A stretch of 64,000 nt of DNA from Cyanophora paradoxa CCMP329 (GCA_004431415.1 QPMI01000031.1:28604-92603), one strand, 5' to 3'; positions 1-13,162 are shown, numbered from the stretch's first letter. A program made the numbers and translations. Notes: generated by a model from the sequence alone, not told the origin.

Positions 1-439
1 CAATTTTTATTTCTTCGTAGTACACGCAAGCATGGAGGATGGGGCTAAAATCACGTGCATGTGCACTTATGAGCGCATAGCCACGTACGTATACGTGTCA
101 GATGGCAATTGCGGACTCGGGCTCAAGCTCATGATCATTACTGATCCCGAGTGCCAGTAACTGATTTCGATCACTGATTACATTACTGAGTACTTATATA
201 GAATATGAATTTGTAATCATAACTAAGCTAGATCGCCTTCATCGTACAGGAACGTACAAGCGGGATCCGGACCCGCTATGTCGTGGAGCTGCGAGAAACG
301 CACGCGGTACCTTAAACTGCACTAAAAGCGAAATCATGCACCACGAACAAAAATCTCTATATTACCTAGAGAGTCCTAGGATCAGAACGATCCGAGCGAT
401 CGCGAAGGATTTCATGCTCAGGTTACTGCTTAAGCTTGA

Positions 440-3400
440 TCAAAGAAAGAACAGAAAGAAAGGAAGAGCTGCGCGGCGTGCACGGCGTGAAATCGAGCTA
501 AGGCGTGAAGTTGGCGGAGGCGTCCAGGGAGGGGCGGGAGCCGGGGGGGCGGGAGCGCGAGGCGGGGCCGCGGCGCCAGCCGGCGCGCGGGGTGTGGGGC
601 GAGTCGGAGGGAGGGAGGCGGCGAGGGCGGCGAGGAAGGCGGCGTGGGGGCGGCGGGGACCCCCCCAGGGCGGCCCCGCATGGGCCTCGAAGAGGCGCAT
701 GCCGCTGGCGCGCCCCGCCTCGGCGGCCTCGCCGAAGCGGCGGCGGGCCTTGGCGGCCGAGCCGCGGAGGGCGAGGCGGCGCCCCTCGAAGTAGAGGGCC
801 GGCGCGCGGCAGACGGGCGCCGCGCGCGCGCCCCGCCGCAGGTCCCGAGGGCGTCGGCGAGGGCCGCTTCGAGGCGGGCGCGCCAGGGGGCGCCGCCCGG
901 CCCCGCCGTCCCCTCCTCGAGGAGGGCGCAGAGGACCTCCGCCAGCGTGCTCACCGGCTGCACCGCGAAGACCCTGCGCCCCGCCCCTCGCCCCTCGCCC
1001 AGGCCCGGCCGGCGGGGCGGGCGGGGCGGGCGGGGCGCACCAGATGAGGACGCGGCCGGCGACGGGGAGGCGCCGGTGGCCGCGCAGGGCCTCCACCCCC
1101 GCCAGCGCCTCCCGCTCCGCCTCCTGCGCGGCGCTGCGTCGGCGGGGCAGGGGCAGGGGCGGGGCGGGGCGGGGCGGGGGCGGGGACCTCGCGGCGGCCC
1201 TGGCGGAGGCGGAGGAGGGCGAGGGCGGCGCGCTGCGCGAGGGCCTCCATCCGGTACGTCTGCGCCCCGGCGCCCGCCCCTCAGCGCGGGCCGGGCCGGG
1301 CCGGGGCGGGGCGGGCGGGGCGGGCCTCGTCCGGGAAGAGGGCGCGGGCCTCCTCCGCCGAGGCCGCCGTCGCCGCGTCGCACACGCCCGCCCACAGGCG
1401 GTTCGACGCCCACCCCAGCAGCGCCCACATCCTGGCCCCGCCCCGCTCGCACCCAGCCTCGCGCGCCCCCGCGGCGCGGCGCAGCGGCGCGGCGGGGGTG
1501 GGCGCACGTGTGAAGCCGGTTGTTCGAGGCGCGCGCGTCGTGCAGCTGCCGGCCGGGGTCAGGGCGGGCTGGGGCGGTCGGGGCGGCGGGCGGGGCGGAC
1601 GGCGGTCTCGTAGGTGTGCTGGGCGCCGGCGGCGTCGCCGGCGAGGTGCAGCTGCAGCGCGTGGAACGACTGCACCTGTGCGCCGCCCCGCCGCCCCGCT
1701 CGCCCCGCGGCGCAGCGCGGGCCTGGGACGCGAGCGAACCTCGCCGAGGGCGCGGTAGTCGCCAATGCCGCGCAGCTGCGCCCGCGCCGCGCGCGTCAGC
1801 CGCGGACGGCGGGGCGGCGGGGCGGGGCGGGCGGGGCGGGCCTTGGGGCGGCAGCGGCGGCGAGGGCGGCGCCCCCCGCGAAGTCGCAGAAGATGATCGC
1901 GACCTGCGCGCCGGCTGCGTCGGGCGGGGCGGGCGGGCGGGGCGGGGCGGGGCGCGCACGGCGAGCTGCTCGGAGCGGAGGTAGCCCAAGGCGCGCTCGC
2001 ACCGCTTCGTCCGGCACCTGCCCCGCCCCGCTCGCCCCGCCGGCGGGGCGGGGCGGGGCCGGGCGGGGCGGGCGGGGCGGGGCGGGGCGGGGCGGGGCGG
2101 GGCGGGCGCACAGCTCGTCGCCGCGGCGGACCCAGGCGAGGGCCTTCTCCGGCGGGAAGCCGGCGACCTGCGGGGCGGGCCAGGGCCCTCAGCCGGGGCA
2201 GGGGCGGCAGGGCGGCGGGCGGCGCACCGCGAGGACGGCGTACACGTGCGCGCAGCTGCCGGCGGGGCGGGGCGGGGCGGGGCGGGGCGGGGCGGGGCGG
2301 GCGCGTCGAGCAGCGGCCGCGCGAGCTGGGGGCGGGCGAGGGCGGCGCACGCGTCGACGTAGAGGGGCGAGGTGGGGTCCGCCGCCGCCAGGTCGTGGTT
2401 CAAGAAGGCTGCCCCCGCTCGGTTAGTTGAACGCGGCCAAGCCGGGGCGGGGCGGGGCGGACCGTAGTACATGGCGGCGAGGGCGTCGCCGGCGTGGATG
2501 AGGTGGTGCGAGTAGATCGTGAGCGCGCTCGTCAGCACCGCCCGCCGCTGCTCCGCCAGGGCCCCCGCGCCCCGCCGCCCGGGCCCCGCCCGCGCCCCTT
2601 CCCCGGCCTGCCCGCCCGCCCCGCCCCGCCGCGTCGGGCCACGCCGGCGGTGCGGAGCGGGGCGGGGCGGGGCGGACCGGGCGGGGCCGGCGCGGGCTTT
2701 GCGGAGGACGTGGGCGACGACGGCGAGGGCCTTGGCGAGGGGCCCCTCGTGGGCGAGCCGCACGCCCAGCAGCCGCAGGCACCGCTCGATCGCCGCCCCG
2801 GCCTCGGCGGGGCGCCCCAGCGAGAAGAGCGCGCGCGCGGCGAGCTGCCAGCGGCGGGCGCGGGCGAGGACGATGGCCTCCTCGGGCCCCGCCTCGGCCG
2901 CCCCGAGCGCGAGGGCGCGCTGCGCCAGCTCGAGCCCCTCGCTGTAGGCCCCCACCGAGAGCGCCCCCGCCGCTGCCGCCGGTTCGGGCGGGAAGCGGGG
3001 CGGGCGGGGCGGGGCGGGGGGCGGGCGGGGGCACCGCAGGCGTCGAGGTGGGGCAGGGCGCGGGCCGGCTGGCCTGCGGCGAGGTGGTGGAAGACGGCGC
3101 CGGCGGCGGCGGCCTGCCCCGCGGCGCCCTCCTTCGAGACGGCGCGCTCGAGGAACTCGGCCGCCCGCCGGTGCACCCGGTCACGGTCCTCGCTCGCCAG
3201 CAGCTGCACCCCGGGCCACCCGCCTCACCGGGGCCGGCGGGGGGCGGGGGGCGGGGCGGGGGGGGGGCCGGGCCTTGTAGAGGACGTCGCGGACGGCGGA
3301 CTGGAGGAAGCGGACCTCGAGGATGCCCATCGAGCGCTCCGAGGCGGCCAGCACGCCGTGCCGCTCCAGCGCCTGCAGCGCCCCCGCCACCCCGCTCCCG

Positions 3401-6400
3401 TCCGCGTACCCCTCAAGCGCGAACGCCGCGAGGCCCGCCTCGAAGCGGGGGCCCAGGGCGGAGCAGAGCTTGAGGACGAGGGCCGGCGTGGGCGGGAGGC
3501 GGTCCAGGCGCGCCACCAGCAGCCGCTCCATGCTGCGCCCCCGCCCCTCAGCGAGGCCGGGTCGCCGAGGCCGAGGCGGAGGCGGGGCGGGCCTGTCGGG
3601 GAGGGGGATGGCGAGGGGCGCCGCCTGGGGGCCCCCCGGGGCGGCGGGCAGGCGCAGGCGGCCCTCGTGGACAGCGAGCCAGCCGCTCGCCTGCAGGTAC
3701 TCCACCATCTGCCGCCCCCGTCACGGGGCCGGCTGGAGAGGCGGGGCCGGGGGCGGGGGCGAGGGCGGGCCTCCTTGAGGGCGAAGGGGTTGCGGCGGGA
3801 CTTCTCGGCGAGCTCGTCGGGGAGCCAGGGGGGCAGCCCCGCGGCCTCCACCCCCAGCAGCCGCCCCACGAACTCCGCCACCTCTGTCCGCCCCGCCCCC
3901 GCTCAGCGCGCCCCGGCGCGGGGCCGGCGGGGCAAGGCGGGCCAGGGCGCGCCCTCGGCCTCGAGGGGACCCAGCTCCATGACGCTCGTCCGCGGGGACC
4001 CGCGCAGCCGCAGCATCTGCGCCCCGCTCGAGCGTGGCCCGGGCGCGGAGCGGGGCGGGGCGGGGGCGGGGCGGGGGCGGGGCGGCTGGCCTCCTCGGGG
4101 CGACGCGGCGGGACAGGGGCCGCGTGGCGACGAGGAGCGAGGCGGCGCTGTGGGGGCCGGCGTGAGGGGCGGCAGGGCGGGCGGAAGGGCGCGGGGCGCA
4201 CGGGACGGCGGCGAGGTGCGCGAGAAGCTGCAGCGAGGCCGAGTCGAAGGCGTGCCTGCGCCGCTGCCTCGCGAAAGGGCGGGCGGGGCCGGCGGGGCGG
4301 GCGGGCGGGGCGGGCGCACAGGTCGTCGACAAGGAGGGCGGCGCCGGAGCGGGCGACGACCGTCTCCACGAGCGCTGTCAGCAGCCGCAGCAGCCGCGGG
4401 GCCCCCTCGTCCCCCTCCCCCGCCTCCGCCTCTTCCTCTCCCCCCTGCGCCGCACCGGCATCGGCGCTGACCGCGCGGTGCGCGGGGCGCGGCGCGGGGC
4501 GGGGCGGACGGAGGAGGAGGGGCCGGGGAGGCGGGGCGGGGCGGGGCGCGGGCGTCGGCGAGGAAGGCGGCGAGGAGGGCCGCCTCCTCGGCCCCGCCCA
4601 CCCCCAGGCCCTCCAGGAAGGGCGCCAGCTCCGCGCCCCTCCACCGGCCCTCCCGCAGCGCCCGCCTGCGCCGCGCATGCAGCCGGCTCAGGCGACGCCC
4701 ACCGCACCCCGTCGCATCGCGTCGCGGCGCACGGCGTGTCGGCGCCCCGCGGCGTGCACTCGCCCCGCGGCGTCTCCTCTACCGCCGCCCCGTTCCTGCA
4801 CGCCGAGGTCGGGGGCGCAGCGAGCGCAGCGAGAGGGGCGACGCGGGGACGGCGCGCACGCGGCGTCGGCGCCGTTTGTCCACCTCTCGGGCCCCCGCAC
4901 CGCCTCCTGCTTCCCCGAGCCGCCCGCCGCCGCCCGCGGCACCAGCGCGCGCAGCAGCTGCGGCCCGCGTCGGCGCCCCCGGGCCACGTCGAGGGCGGGC
5001 CGGGGCGGGGCGGGGCGGGGCGGGCCTGGCGGAGGGGCTGGTAGGGGTGCGGGGCGAGGGGGTCGGCCTCGAGGAAGAGGCAGGGGAGGGCGGCCGCCTC
5101 GGCCAGCCGCAGGGCCTCGGTCAGCAGCAGCGACTTCCCCGCCCCCGCCTCCCCCTCCACGAAGAGCACGCCCGCCCCGCGCCCGCCCTCCCGCACCCGC
5201 GCGGCTGCCAGGAAGCCCGCCACCCGCCCCAGCGCCTCCCGCCGGCACAGCAGCAGCCCGTCCGCCCCCGCCGCCGCCCCCGCAGCGCCCGCTCCGTCTC
5301 CCCCCGGCCGGCCCGCCCCCGCCGGCCCGCCGGCGCCGGCGCCACTGCCCATGGCGGCGACGGCGCGGCGGAAGGAGCGGCCGACGGGGGCGGTGCGGGC
5401 GGCGCGCCCGCGGAGCGCGAAGGCTGCGACGGGCCCGTCGGCGCCCTTGATGGCGAGCGGCGGCAGCGCCTCCAGCCGCACGCGCGCCCCCGCCGCCTCG
5501 GCCGTCGCCGCGTCCACCCAGATGGCCCCTGCGGCCACCCCTCGGGCGGGGGCGGGGGCGGCGGGGGCGGGGGCGGGGCGCACCGTCGGCCTTGGCCATG
5601 AGCCTGGCGGCCATGTTGCAGGGTGCCCGAGCACGTTGTAGTCGCACCGCTGCTCGTCCCCCAGCAGCCCCGCGAACACCCTGCCCGCGCGACCCGGCCC
5701 GCCGTGGGCGACCCGCGCGCCGCCGAGGCGCCGGCGGCTGCGAGCGCGGCGCACCGGCCGGTCGTGACGCCGATGGAGGCCGGCCCGCACTGCCGCGCCG
5801 CGAACTGCTCCCGGATGTGGAGCGCCGCCAGGCACGCCCGCAGGGGGTCGTCGCTGCCGCCCCGCCGCCCTCGGCCGGAGCGGCGGCGCAGGCGGCCCGC
5901 GGGGCGGGGCGGGGCGCACCTGTGGGCGGCCCCGGCGAGCCCCCACGTGAGGAGGCAGATGAAGCCTTCTGCGGGGGGCGGCGCGCGTCGGGCGGGGCGC
6001 GGGCGACGGGGCGGGCGGGGCGCGGGGCGGGGCGGGGCGGGCGGGCACTGTCGTCGCAGAAGCAGGAGCGGAGGACGCCCTGCAGGAGCGCGTGAGGGCC
6101 CGGGCGGGCGGGCGGGCGGGGCGGGGCGGGGCGGGGCGGGGCGTGCCTCGGAGATGGCGGCGGCCTCGAGGACGGCGGCGACGGCGCGGTGGAGGGCGGC
6201 GAGGGCCTCCGCGGGGAAGCCGGCGGCCCAGGGGCCCTGCCCCGCGAACCCGTCGACGCGGACGAAGGCGGAGGTGCACATGCGGAGCTCGGCGAGGAAG
6301 CGGCCGTCCCCCGCCAGCTGCCCCGCCACGTCCTCCGGCAGCAGGCCCCGCAGCGCCCCCTCCACCGCTGCGCCCCCCGCCAGCGCCGGCCGCTGCGGGC

Positions 6401-7621
6401 CCAGCAGCCCCGCCCCGCCCCGCGCCGCCCACGAGGCCGGCCGCCGCGAGGAGGGCGACTCGTCGCCGGCGGCGGGGGTGCGCGGGGAGCGACCGGAGCC
6501 GCCCAGGGAGTTGCCGAGGGAGAGGGAGAAGCGGAGGGAGCGGGCGCGGGTGCGAGCGGGCCGGCCGGGGTGCCGGGGAGGTCGGCGGGCGGGGCCCGAA
6601 GACGGCGAAGCCGGCGTCGGCGCGGGCGCCGGGCGGGGCGTGGCGGGCGAGCTCGGGGCGAGGGCCGCCTCGCCGGGCCCCGCCAGCGCCAGGCCGGCCG
6701 CGAGGCGCCCCAGCGGCTCGCCCACGACCGCCAGCTCCGAGCGGGCCCCGCCGCCCCGGCGCCCCCGCCGAGGCGCAGCGCGTACAGCTCCCCCGCCGCC
6801 ACCGCCACGTGCACGCCCAGCCTGCACGCCCCGCCCCGCCCCGCGTCGCCCCCGCGCCCCCGCGCCGCCGCGCCGCCGCCGCCCGCGGCGGCCCGGCGCA
6901 CCTGGTCTCTGGCTCGCGGCTGGAGGGCGTCGGGGGCGACTCGAGGGCGGCCTCACGGTCGCTGGCGGGCTCCTCGCGGGCCGGCCCCTCGATCGCCTCC
7001 GCCGCCAGCCGCTGCGCCGCCACGCACGCCTCCTCCAGGCCCCCGCCCCCGCCCCGCGTACACCAGCACCAGGATCGCGTCCCCTGCCCCCGCCCCGTCA
7101 CGGCCCCGCCCGCCGCGCCCGGGGCGGGCGGGGGGCACACCGAGGAAGCGGATCACGTCCCCGCCGTGCTTGCGCGCGATGCGGATGGCCCGGCTGAGGC
7201 TCCCGTTCAGCGCCCGGCTCAGCGCCTCCGCGCCCTGCGCGGCCGGCCGGCTCAGGGCGGCGGCCCCGCGGCGGCGGCGGCGCGGCGCGGGCTGGGCCAC
7301 CTGGCGGGCGGCGGTGCGCCGGCTCTCTTCGTCGCCGTCGCCCTGGGCGGCCTGGATGAGGCGCTGCGCCGCCTTGACGCTCCCGACGACGTCGACGAGG
7401 ACGACGGCGGCGTGGAAGCGGGTCGAGGAGGGCGACTCAAGCAGGGAGCCGGCCTCCACCCGTCCCCGCGCGTCTTTCGTCGAGTCCGAGCACGCCCAGA
7501 CGGCCAGGTCGGGGAGGAAGTGGACGGGGTGGAGTTGCAGGCGGCCATCCTCCTCATCCTCCGCAATCCCCGGGCTTGGAGGGCTCAGCCCCGCGGGGCT
7601 CGGCGGCTCTAGCTCTGTCAT
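440..7621 (-). CDS. Soluble adenylyl cyclase type 10-like protein (two class III cyclase domains + STAND/AAA P-loop + TPR-like tail); multi-exon
   Basis: Exon peptides: VVLVDVVGS...GAEALSRALNG...HGGDVIRFLG|DAIL (cyclase 1); FLAELRMCTSAFVRVDG, SIGVTTGRVFAGLLGDEQRCDYNVLG..NMAARLM, PPLAIKG (cyclase 2); Walker A GEAGAGKS; RNPFALKEMV; RLDRLP..ALVLKLCSALG. Short GT/GC-AG introns, e.g. GTGTGCC...GGGCAG around 7085-7140. Confidence 0.88.
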
Positions 7622-8043
7622 TCCGCCGGACCACAGCGCACAGCGCCGCCCGAGGCGATGCTAATGCAATTGCCAGGCGAGGTCATGCCGCTGAATGCAA
7701 GGATGCGAGGTCGAGGTCGTGCCGAGCTCGAGAGGAGGCGAGGATGCTAACTGCAAAAAGAAGCATTTACATGTCCTTGATGCGCGCCAGCTCGATTCAC
7801 CGTTGCGGCTTTGCTGCTCGACCCGAGCCGACTGCAAGTGTTCTTGCTGGATGGGGCTGGATTCCAGTGTCACCCGATCCGCTGAAGCGCAGGCGACTGT
7901 ACCGTCACCGCCGAATGGCTGCTGTGGGCCTGTGGCGCAAGAGTGCTCCCGCGTGCGAGCTGTCCAAGCGACCAACTTTGCGTACCCCCCGCTCGTGCGA
8001 AAAAAAGCTGGTCCAGCGAGCTCGCTGGAAGCGCCCGCGTCGC

Positions 8044-9702
8044 ATGGAACTGGAGGATGAGGAGGCGGCGCACGACGCGCATGACGTGCTCGAGCACTTC
8101 GGAGCGCACGGCGTCCCCGAGCACATCATGGAGCCGCCGCTGGCGCTCGCGGAGGGAGAAAGCGGACGTACGAGGGCGAGGAAGGTCCTCCGAGCGACGT
8201 CGCACCTTCGCCCTGCCCCCCTCCGTGTAAGAACCGCCGCGCGCAGATCTCGGAGCACTCGAAAGCGTACGAGAAGACGCGCGCGATGCTCTACAGCGCA
8301 GTCGCGAACCATCCCACCTTCCTGTGCGTGGAGGGGCGCAGGCGGGCGGGCGCCGGCGTGCGGGCGGGCGGCCGACGAGGGCCGCGCAGGGCGCAGCGGC
8401 TGCAGTTGCTGGGGGAGACCCCGAGCGTGAAGAGGCTGAGCAAGGAGAAGATCCTGCGCATCGCGCTGGCGATCGGCATGGACCTGGAGCCGTACCGGCC
8501 CTTCGCGGGCCCCATGCAGAAGCACAAGGTGGCGCTCCCCGAGGGCCTCGCCCCGCCCCCGGCGGCGGCGCGGGAGGCGCGCGGCGCCGGCGGCGTCTCG
8601 GCGCGGAAGAGCGCGTACCTGGCGGACCGGGAGGCGCTGCGCTCGTACGTCTCCTCGCACCCCGAGTTCAGGCGGCACCGCCCCGCCTTCCTGGGGCCCC
8701 ACTACCGCGAGGCGCGCCCCCCGCGCCCCGCCCCGCGCGCCCCGCGCGCCCCGCGCCCCCGGGACGAGCGGGAGCGGGCGGGCGGGGCAGGTGGGGAAGC
8801 TGCCGAAGGAGCGGCTGCTGCACGTGGCGCACAAGCTCCGCGTCGACCTCTCCGACTTCGTCCACTACGCCGGCACCCTCCCCGCCGGCCCGCCCCGCCC
8901 CGCCCCGCCCCGCCCCGCACCACCAGACCGGGCCCGCAGACTACTACGCCCTCTGCGACGAGCTCCGCAACGCCCTCACCCACAGGGTGCCCGCCCCGCC
9001 CCGCCCCCGCCCCCGCCCCCGCCCCGGCCGGGCCGACGCGGGGCGCCCCGCCGACGCTGGCGCCCCCGCAGGAGGACGACGAGCTCGCCGCCCTCGCCCC
9101 GCCCCGGGCCCCGCCCCCGTGCGCCCCCGCCCGCCTCGGCGCCCGCCCCCCGCCCCCGCCCCGCCCCGCCCCGACGCCCCGGCAGGCGGGCGCCGGCCCC
9201 TCGGCGGCGCCTGCGCTGCTGCCGGGCGCCCCGCCGGCGGCGTACGGGGCCTTCTTCGAGGCGCCCTCCCCCGCCTCCCCTTCCCCGTCCGCCCCGCCCT
9301 GCCCGCCCCCGCCCCGTCCCGCCCGCGGCCCCTCCTCGAGCCGCCCGCGCAGGACCACTCCTACGGCGCCATCGGCTTCCCCGACGCCGGGGCGCACCTG
9401 CACGGTGCGCCCGCCGCCGCCGCCTGCCCCGCCCGCCGCCTCACCGCGCCCCGCAGAGGCGGCGTCGCTCGCATTCGGGGGGCACGCGCCCCCGGCCGCC
9501 CCCTCCCCGACGACCTCTGCTTCCTCCCCCGGGGCCCGCCCCGTACCCCGAGACCCTCCGCACCCCCACCCTCCCCTCCCAGGCGCCCGGCCCCGACGCC
9601 GCCGCCGGGGCGCTGCTCCGCGGCATCGCCGGGGACCCGCACGCGTACCCCGACGCCCTTTGGACCCCCCTGGGGCCCCCGCCCCCCTCCGGTCACGGCT
9701 AG
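8044..9702 (+). CDS. Hypothetical multi-exon protein with two internal helical repeats
   Basis: Spliced peptides show two similar units, LSKEKILRIALAIGMDLEPY and LPKERLLHVAHKLRVDLSDF. Codon-like GC3 bias. Divergent from the cyclase gene. 3' end approximate. Confidence 0.6.
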
Positions 9703-9819
9703 CGAGCCGGCCAGACGTCTCAAACGAGTCTAGATCTCATCGTGTTCCGTGCCAGCTCGGATCGCGCACGCGGGGCCGGCGGGGGCCGGCGGGGGGCGCG
9801 GGCGCGGGGCCGGGGCGGG

Positions 9820-12642
9820 CTACTTCTTGGCGCCGCGCTTCTTCGCCGCGCCTGACCGGAGCGAGGCGCTGATGCCGGCCGGGGAGGCCGGGGCCGCCGC
9901 CGCCGCCGCCGCCGCCGGCTTGCTGCTTGCCCGCTTCTTCGCCTCGGGCGCCGCCGCCGCCGCCTCCACCGCCTCCGCGCCCTTCTCCGCCGCCTTGCGC
10001 TTCCCCGCCCCCTTCCCCTTCGGCGCCTCCGCCTCCGCCGCCTCCGCCGCCGCCTCCGCCGTCGCCTCCGCCTTCGCCGCCTTGCCCTTCTTCGCCGCCG
10101 GCGCGGCTGGGGCCGGGGCCGCCTGCTGCAGCGGGGCGGGCGTCAGCGCGGGCCCGCGCTGTGAGGGGCGGGGGCGGGAGAGCGAGTGCCTCCTTGCGGG
10201 GGGCGGCGGCGTCGGCGGCGTAGCCCGGGAAGTCGTAGTCGACGCCGGCGGCGGCGAGCCGCTTGCGCGCCGCCGCCTCCTTCTTCACCAGCTTCGCCCG
10301 CATCTTCTCCACCTCCTCCCGCTCCGCTCCTGCACGGGCGCCCCGCCGTCAGCACGCTTCGCCGCGCCGCCCGCCGCGCCGCGCGGCGGCGCGCACCGCG
10401 TTGTGCCGCGCGATCGCCAGCTTCCGCCACGGTACCTGTCGCCCCGGCCGTCAGCGCGCGCCCGCCGGACGCGGGCGAGGAGGGCCATAAAGCGAGGCGG
10501 GGGGAAAGAGGGAGGAGGGGAAACGGTGGGCGTCAGAGTGAGCTGTGGTATTAGTTCGTTCAGCGTTTGTGTCACGAAGGGGAATCCAGTTTCATCACGC
10601 GGCCCGAGAAATTGGAAAGGGGGAATGAATGGAAAGCCGGGATCAGAGTGAGCTGTGGTATTGGTTCGTTCAGCAGGTGCGTCACGAAGGGGAATCCAGT
10701 TTCATCACGTCGGCCGGAGGAGGCGAAAAGGGACCGGCCCTTCCTAGAGAGCGGGCGGGGCTGGGCGGGGCTGGGCGGGGCGGGGCGCACCCGCTTGAAC
10801 TTCCTGTTGGCGCCGACGAAGGTCTTGGGGTGGACGCGCTCCGGGGGCACCAGCTTGGCCGTCAGCAGGCGCCTGGGGGGGGTCAGGCCGGGCGGGCTGG
10901 AGGGGGCGGGGCGGGCCGGGGCGGGGCGGGGCGGGGCGGGGCGGACCCGAAGAGGAGGTACTTGTCCATGGTCTCGGCGACGATGCGGGCGACCTCCGCG
11001 CTCGCGAACTCCACGAACGCGAACCCCCGCGACTTCCCCGTCTGCAGGGGGGCGTTGGGGGCGCCTGGGCGCTCCGGGGGCCCCGGCCCCGCCCGCCCCG
11101 CGCACCTTCTTCGAGCGCGAGAGCCGCAGCCGCGTCACCCGCCCGAACTGCGCGAAGAACCTGCGCGCGGCCCGCCCCGGCGCTCGGCCCCGGCCCCGGC
11201 GGCGCGGGCGGGGACGCGGGCCGGGGGGCGGACCCGCGCATCTGGTCCTCAAAGAAGCCGTAGGGGATGTGCCCCAGGTAGACCACCCCGGGCTCCCCGT
11301 CCTCCTCCCCGTCCTCCTCCCCGCCCTTGCGCTTCTTGGACTTGGCCTTCTTCTTCTTCGCGGGGAGGGCCGCCACGCGCGCCTCCAGCTCGGCCCTCTT
11401 CGCGTCGCTGAGGAGGACCGAGGGGCCGGCCGCCGCCTCGGGCTCCGCGTCCGAGCCCGCCCCGTCGTCCCCCTCGAAGACGGCCCCCACCTCCCCCTCC
11501 TCCTCCTCGTCGCTGTCCTGCGCCCGCCGGCATCGGCCCCGGCCCCCGCCGAGCCCCGCGGGCCGGGGGGCGGGCGGGCGAGCAGGCGCACGGCGGGGAG
11601 CTGGATCACGTCCTCGTCCTCCTCGTCCGCCGCCTGCCGCCGCTTCCCCTTGCCCTTGCCCGCCGCAGCCGCCTTGCCCTCCCCCGCGCCCCCGCCCGCC
11701 TTGCCCGCCTTGCCCGCCTTCCCGCCCTTCGCCTTTGCCGCCGCCTTCTCCGCAGGCGCCGGGGACTGCGGCGGGGCGTGAGGGGTCGAGGGCGCGAGGA
11801 GGGCGGGCCGCGCTCGCCTCGGGCTTGTGCTTCTTGGGGGGGGACGCCTCGCCCTTCTTGCCCTTGGCCGGGGCCCGTGCCGGGGCCTTCTCGGGCTCCT
11901 CCGCCCGCGCCCGCTTCTTCGTGGCCGGCGCCGGCGCCGCCTCGGGGGTCGCCTGCGCGCCCGGCCCCGCTCGCGCTCCGCCCGCGCGACGCCCGCAGCC
12001 GGGATCAACGTACGGGCTTCGCGGGAGCCGCCGCGGGCTTCTCCTTCTTCTCCTTCTGCGCCGCCCGTTTGCGAGGGCGGGCGGCGCTGGTCCGGCCCGA
12101 GGCGCCCGCACCTTGCCCTTGCCCGCCTTGGCGTCTTTGCCCGCAGCGACCGCGGCTGCGTGACCGTGAGGCCGAGAGCATGCGTTAGCTAAGCGCGATC
12201 CGTACCTTCCGGTTCCTTGGGCGCCTCCTTCGCAGTGGCCTGGGGGAAACGAGACACATCGGCGGCGCCGCGAACGAGCTGAGGGGGAAGCGCGTAGCGA
12301 ACCGGCTTGGCTTCCTGCTTGCGTTTCTTGGGGGCTGCCTCGGACTCTGATCGCGCGGCCCGGTAAGCGACACGCGTCAGCATCGTGATCGGCGATCGCA
12401 CTCTTCGCCGCGGGCTTGCCCTGCGCGCCCCGCGGATCCCCGTCAGCCGAGCCAGATCATCCGGCGTCGCAGCTACCGCGACGCACCGCGTCCGCCGCCT
12501 CCGCCTCGCTCAGCCTGCGCTTCGGCGCTGCACCGGACCGGTCGGTCAGCGGAGGCCGCGTCGAAAGCATGCGAGTGCCACGAGCACGCAGGCTAACGGC
12601 ACACGGACCGTCCTTGTCCGCGGGAGCCTTGCGCGGCGCCAT
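9820..12642 (-). CDS. NOP15: Nop15/NIFK (MKI67IP)-like nucleolar RRM protein with Lys/Ala-rich N- and C-termini; multi-exon
   Basis: [18 protein letters not shown]|[18 protein letters not shown]|[31 protein letters not shown]|[27 protein letters not shown] ... [16 protein letters not shown]. Start MAPRKAP at 12642, stop TAG at 9820. Confidence 0.85.
10531..10600 (-). ncRNA. Intronic box C/D snoRNA, copy 1 (U29/snR71-like D guide plus a second LSU rRNA guide)
   Basis: Minus strand reads GTGATGA (box C)...GGATTCCCCTT-C-GTGA (guide + D')...CTAATACCACAGCTCAC-T-CTGA (guide + box D), with a GGGC/GCCC terminal stem. Guides are antisense to conserved LSU rRNA AAGGGGAAUCC and GUGAGCUG(GG). Confidence 0.85.
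10641..10710 (-). ncRNA. Intronic box C/D snoRNA, copy 2 (paralog of copy 1)
   Basis: Boxes C, D' and D and both core guides are identical to copy 1 while the central spacer and flanks differ. GCCG/CGGC terminal stem. Confidence 0.85.
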
Positions 12643-12937
12643 CCCAGAACTGTTTGCGTACCCCCCCTTCGCCGGCTCAGACGGCTCTGTCGGCGGCTCA
12701 CTTCGGACCAGCTTAAGCTTCAACGCAAAGAAGCGGGGCAAAAGCGCGCACCATGAATCAGCCTCCTGCACGCGATGCGTACAGACGCGGCGTTGACGTA
12801 TGCGGCATGCGCATGCGGCTAGCGCCTTGCAATCATTTGATCATGAATTGACTCGAGCTTGCGGCTAGCGCTGCGCATGCGCCTTCAGTGCCAGCCAGTG
12901 CGCGCGCCATGCGCCTTATAAAAAGCTTCAGCTAGCA

Positions 12938-13162
12938 CTCGATGAAGGTACGCGCTCCTCCCGGCCGGCCGCTCGCCGACGCCCGATCCCGGCCGAGGCC
13001 CGCTCGCCCTTGCTGACTCGCGGTTCCAGATCTTTGCCTGCTTCGAGGCGTGCAGCCCCGCGCGACTTCGCCTCGCGATCCTCGATGAAGGTACGCGCTC
13101 CTCCCGGCCGGCCGCTCGCCGGCACCCGATCCCGGCCGAGGCCCGCTCGCCCTTGCTGACTC
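12938..13162. repeat. Direct repeat, two copies of ~82 bp (12938-13019, 13081-13162)
   Basis: CTCGATGAAGGTACGCGCTCCTCCCGGCCGG...CCCTTGCTGACTC occurs twice. Confidence 0.85.

Noticed and set aside
336-12200. Numerous long Pro/Arg/Gly/Ala-rich ORFs in the six-frame track
   Set aside because: These are artefacts of extreme GC content and read-through of CCCCG introns; the real genes are the spliced models.
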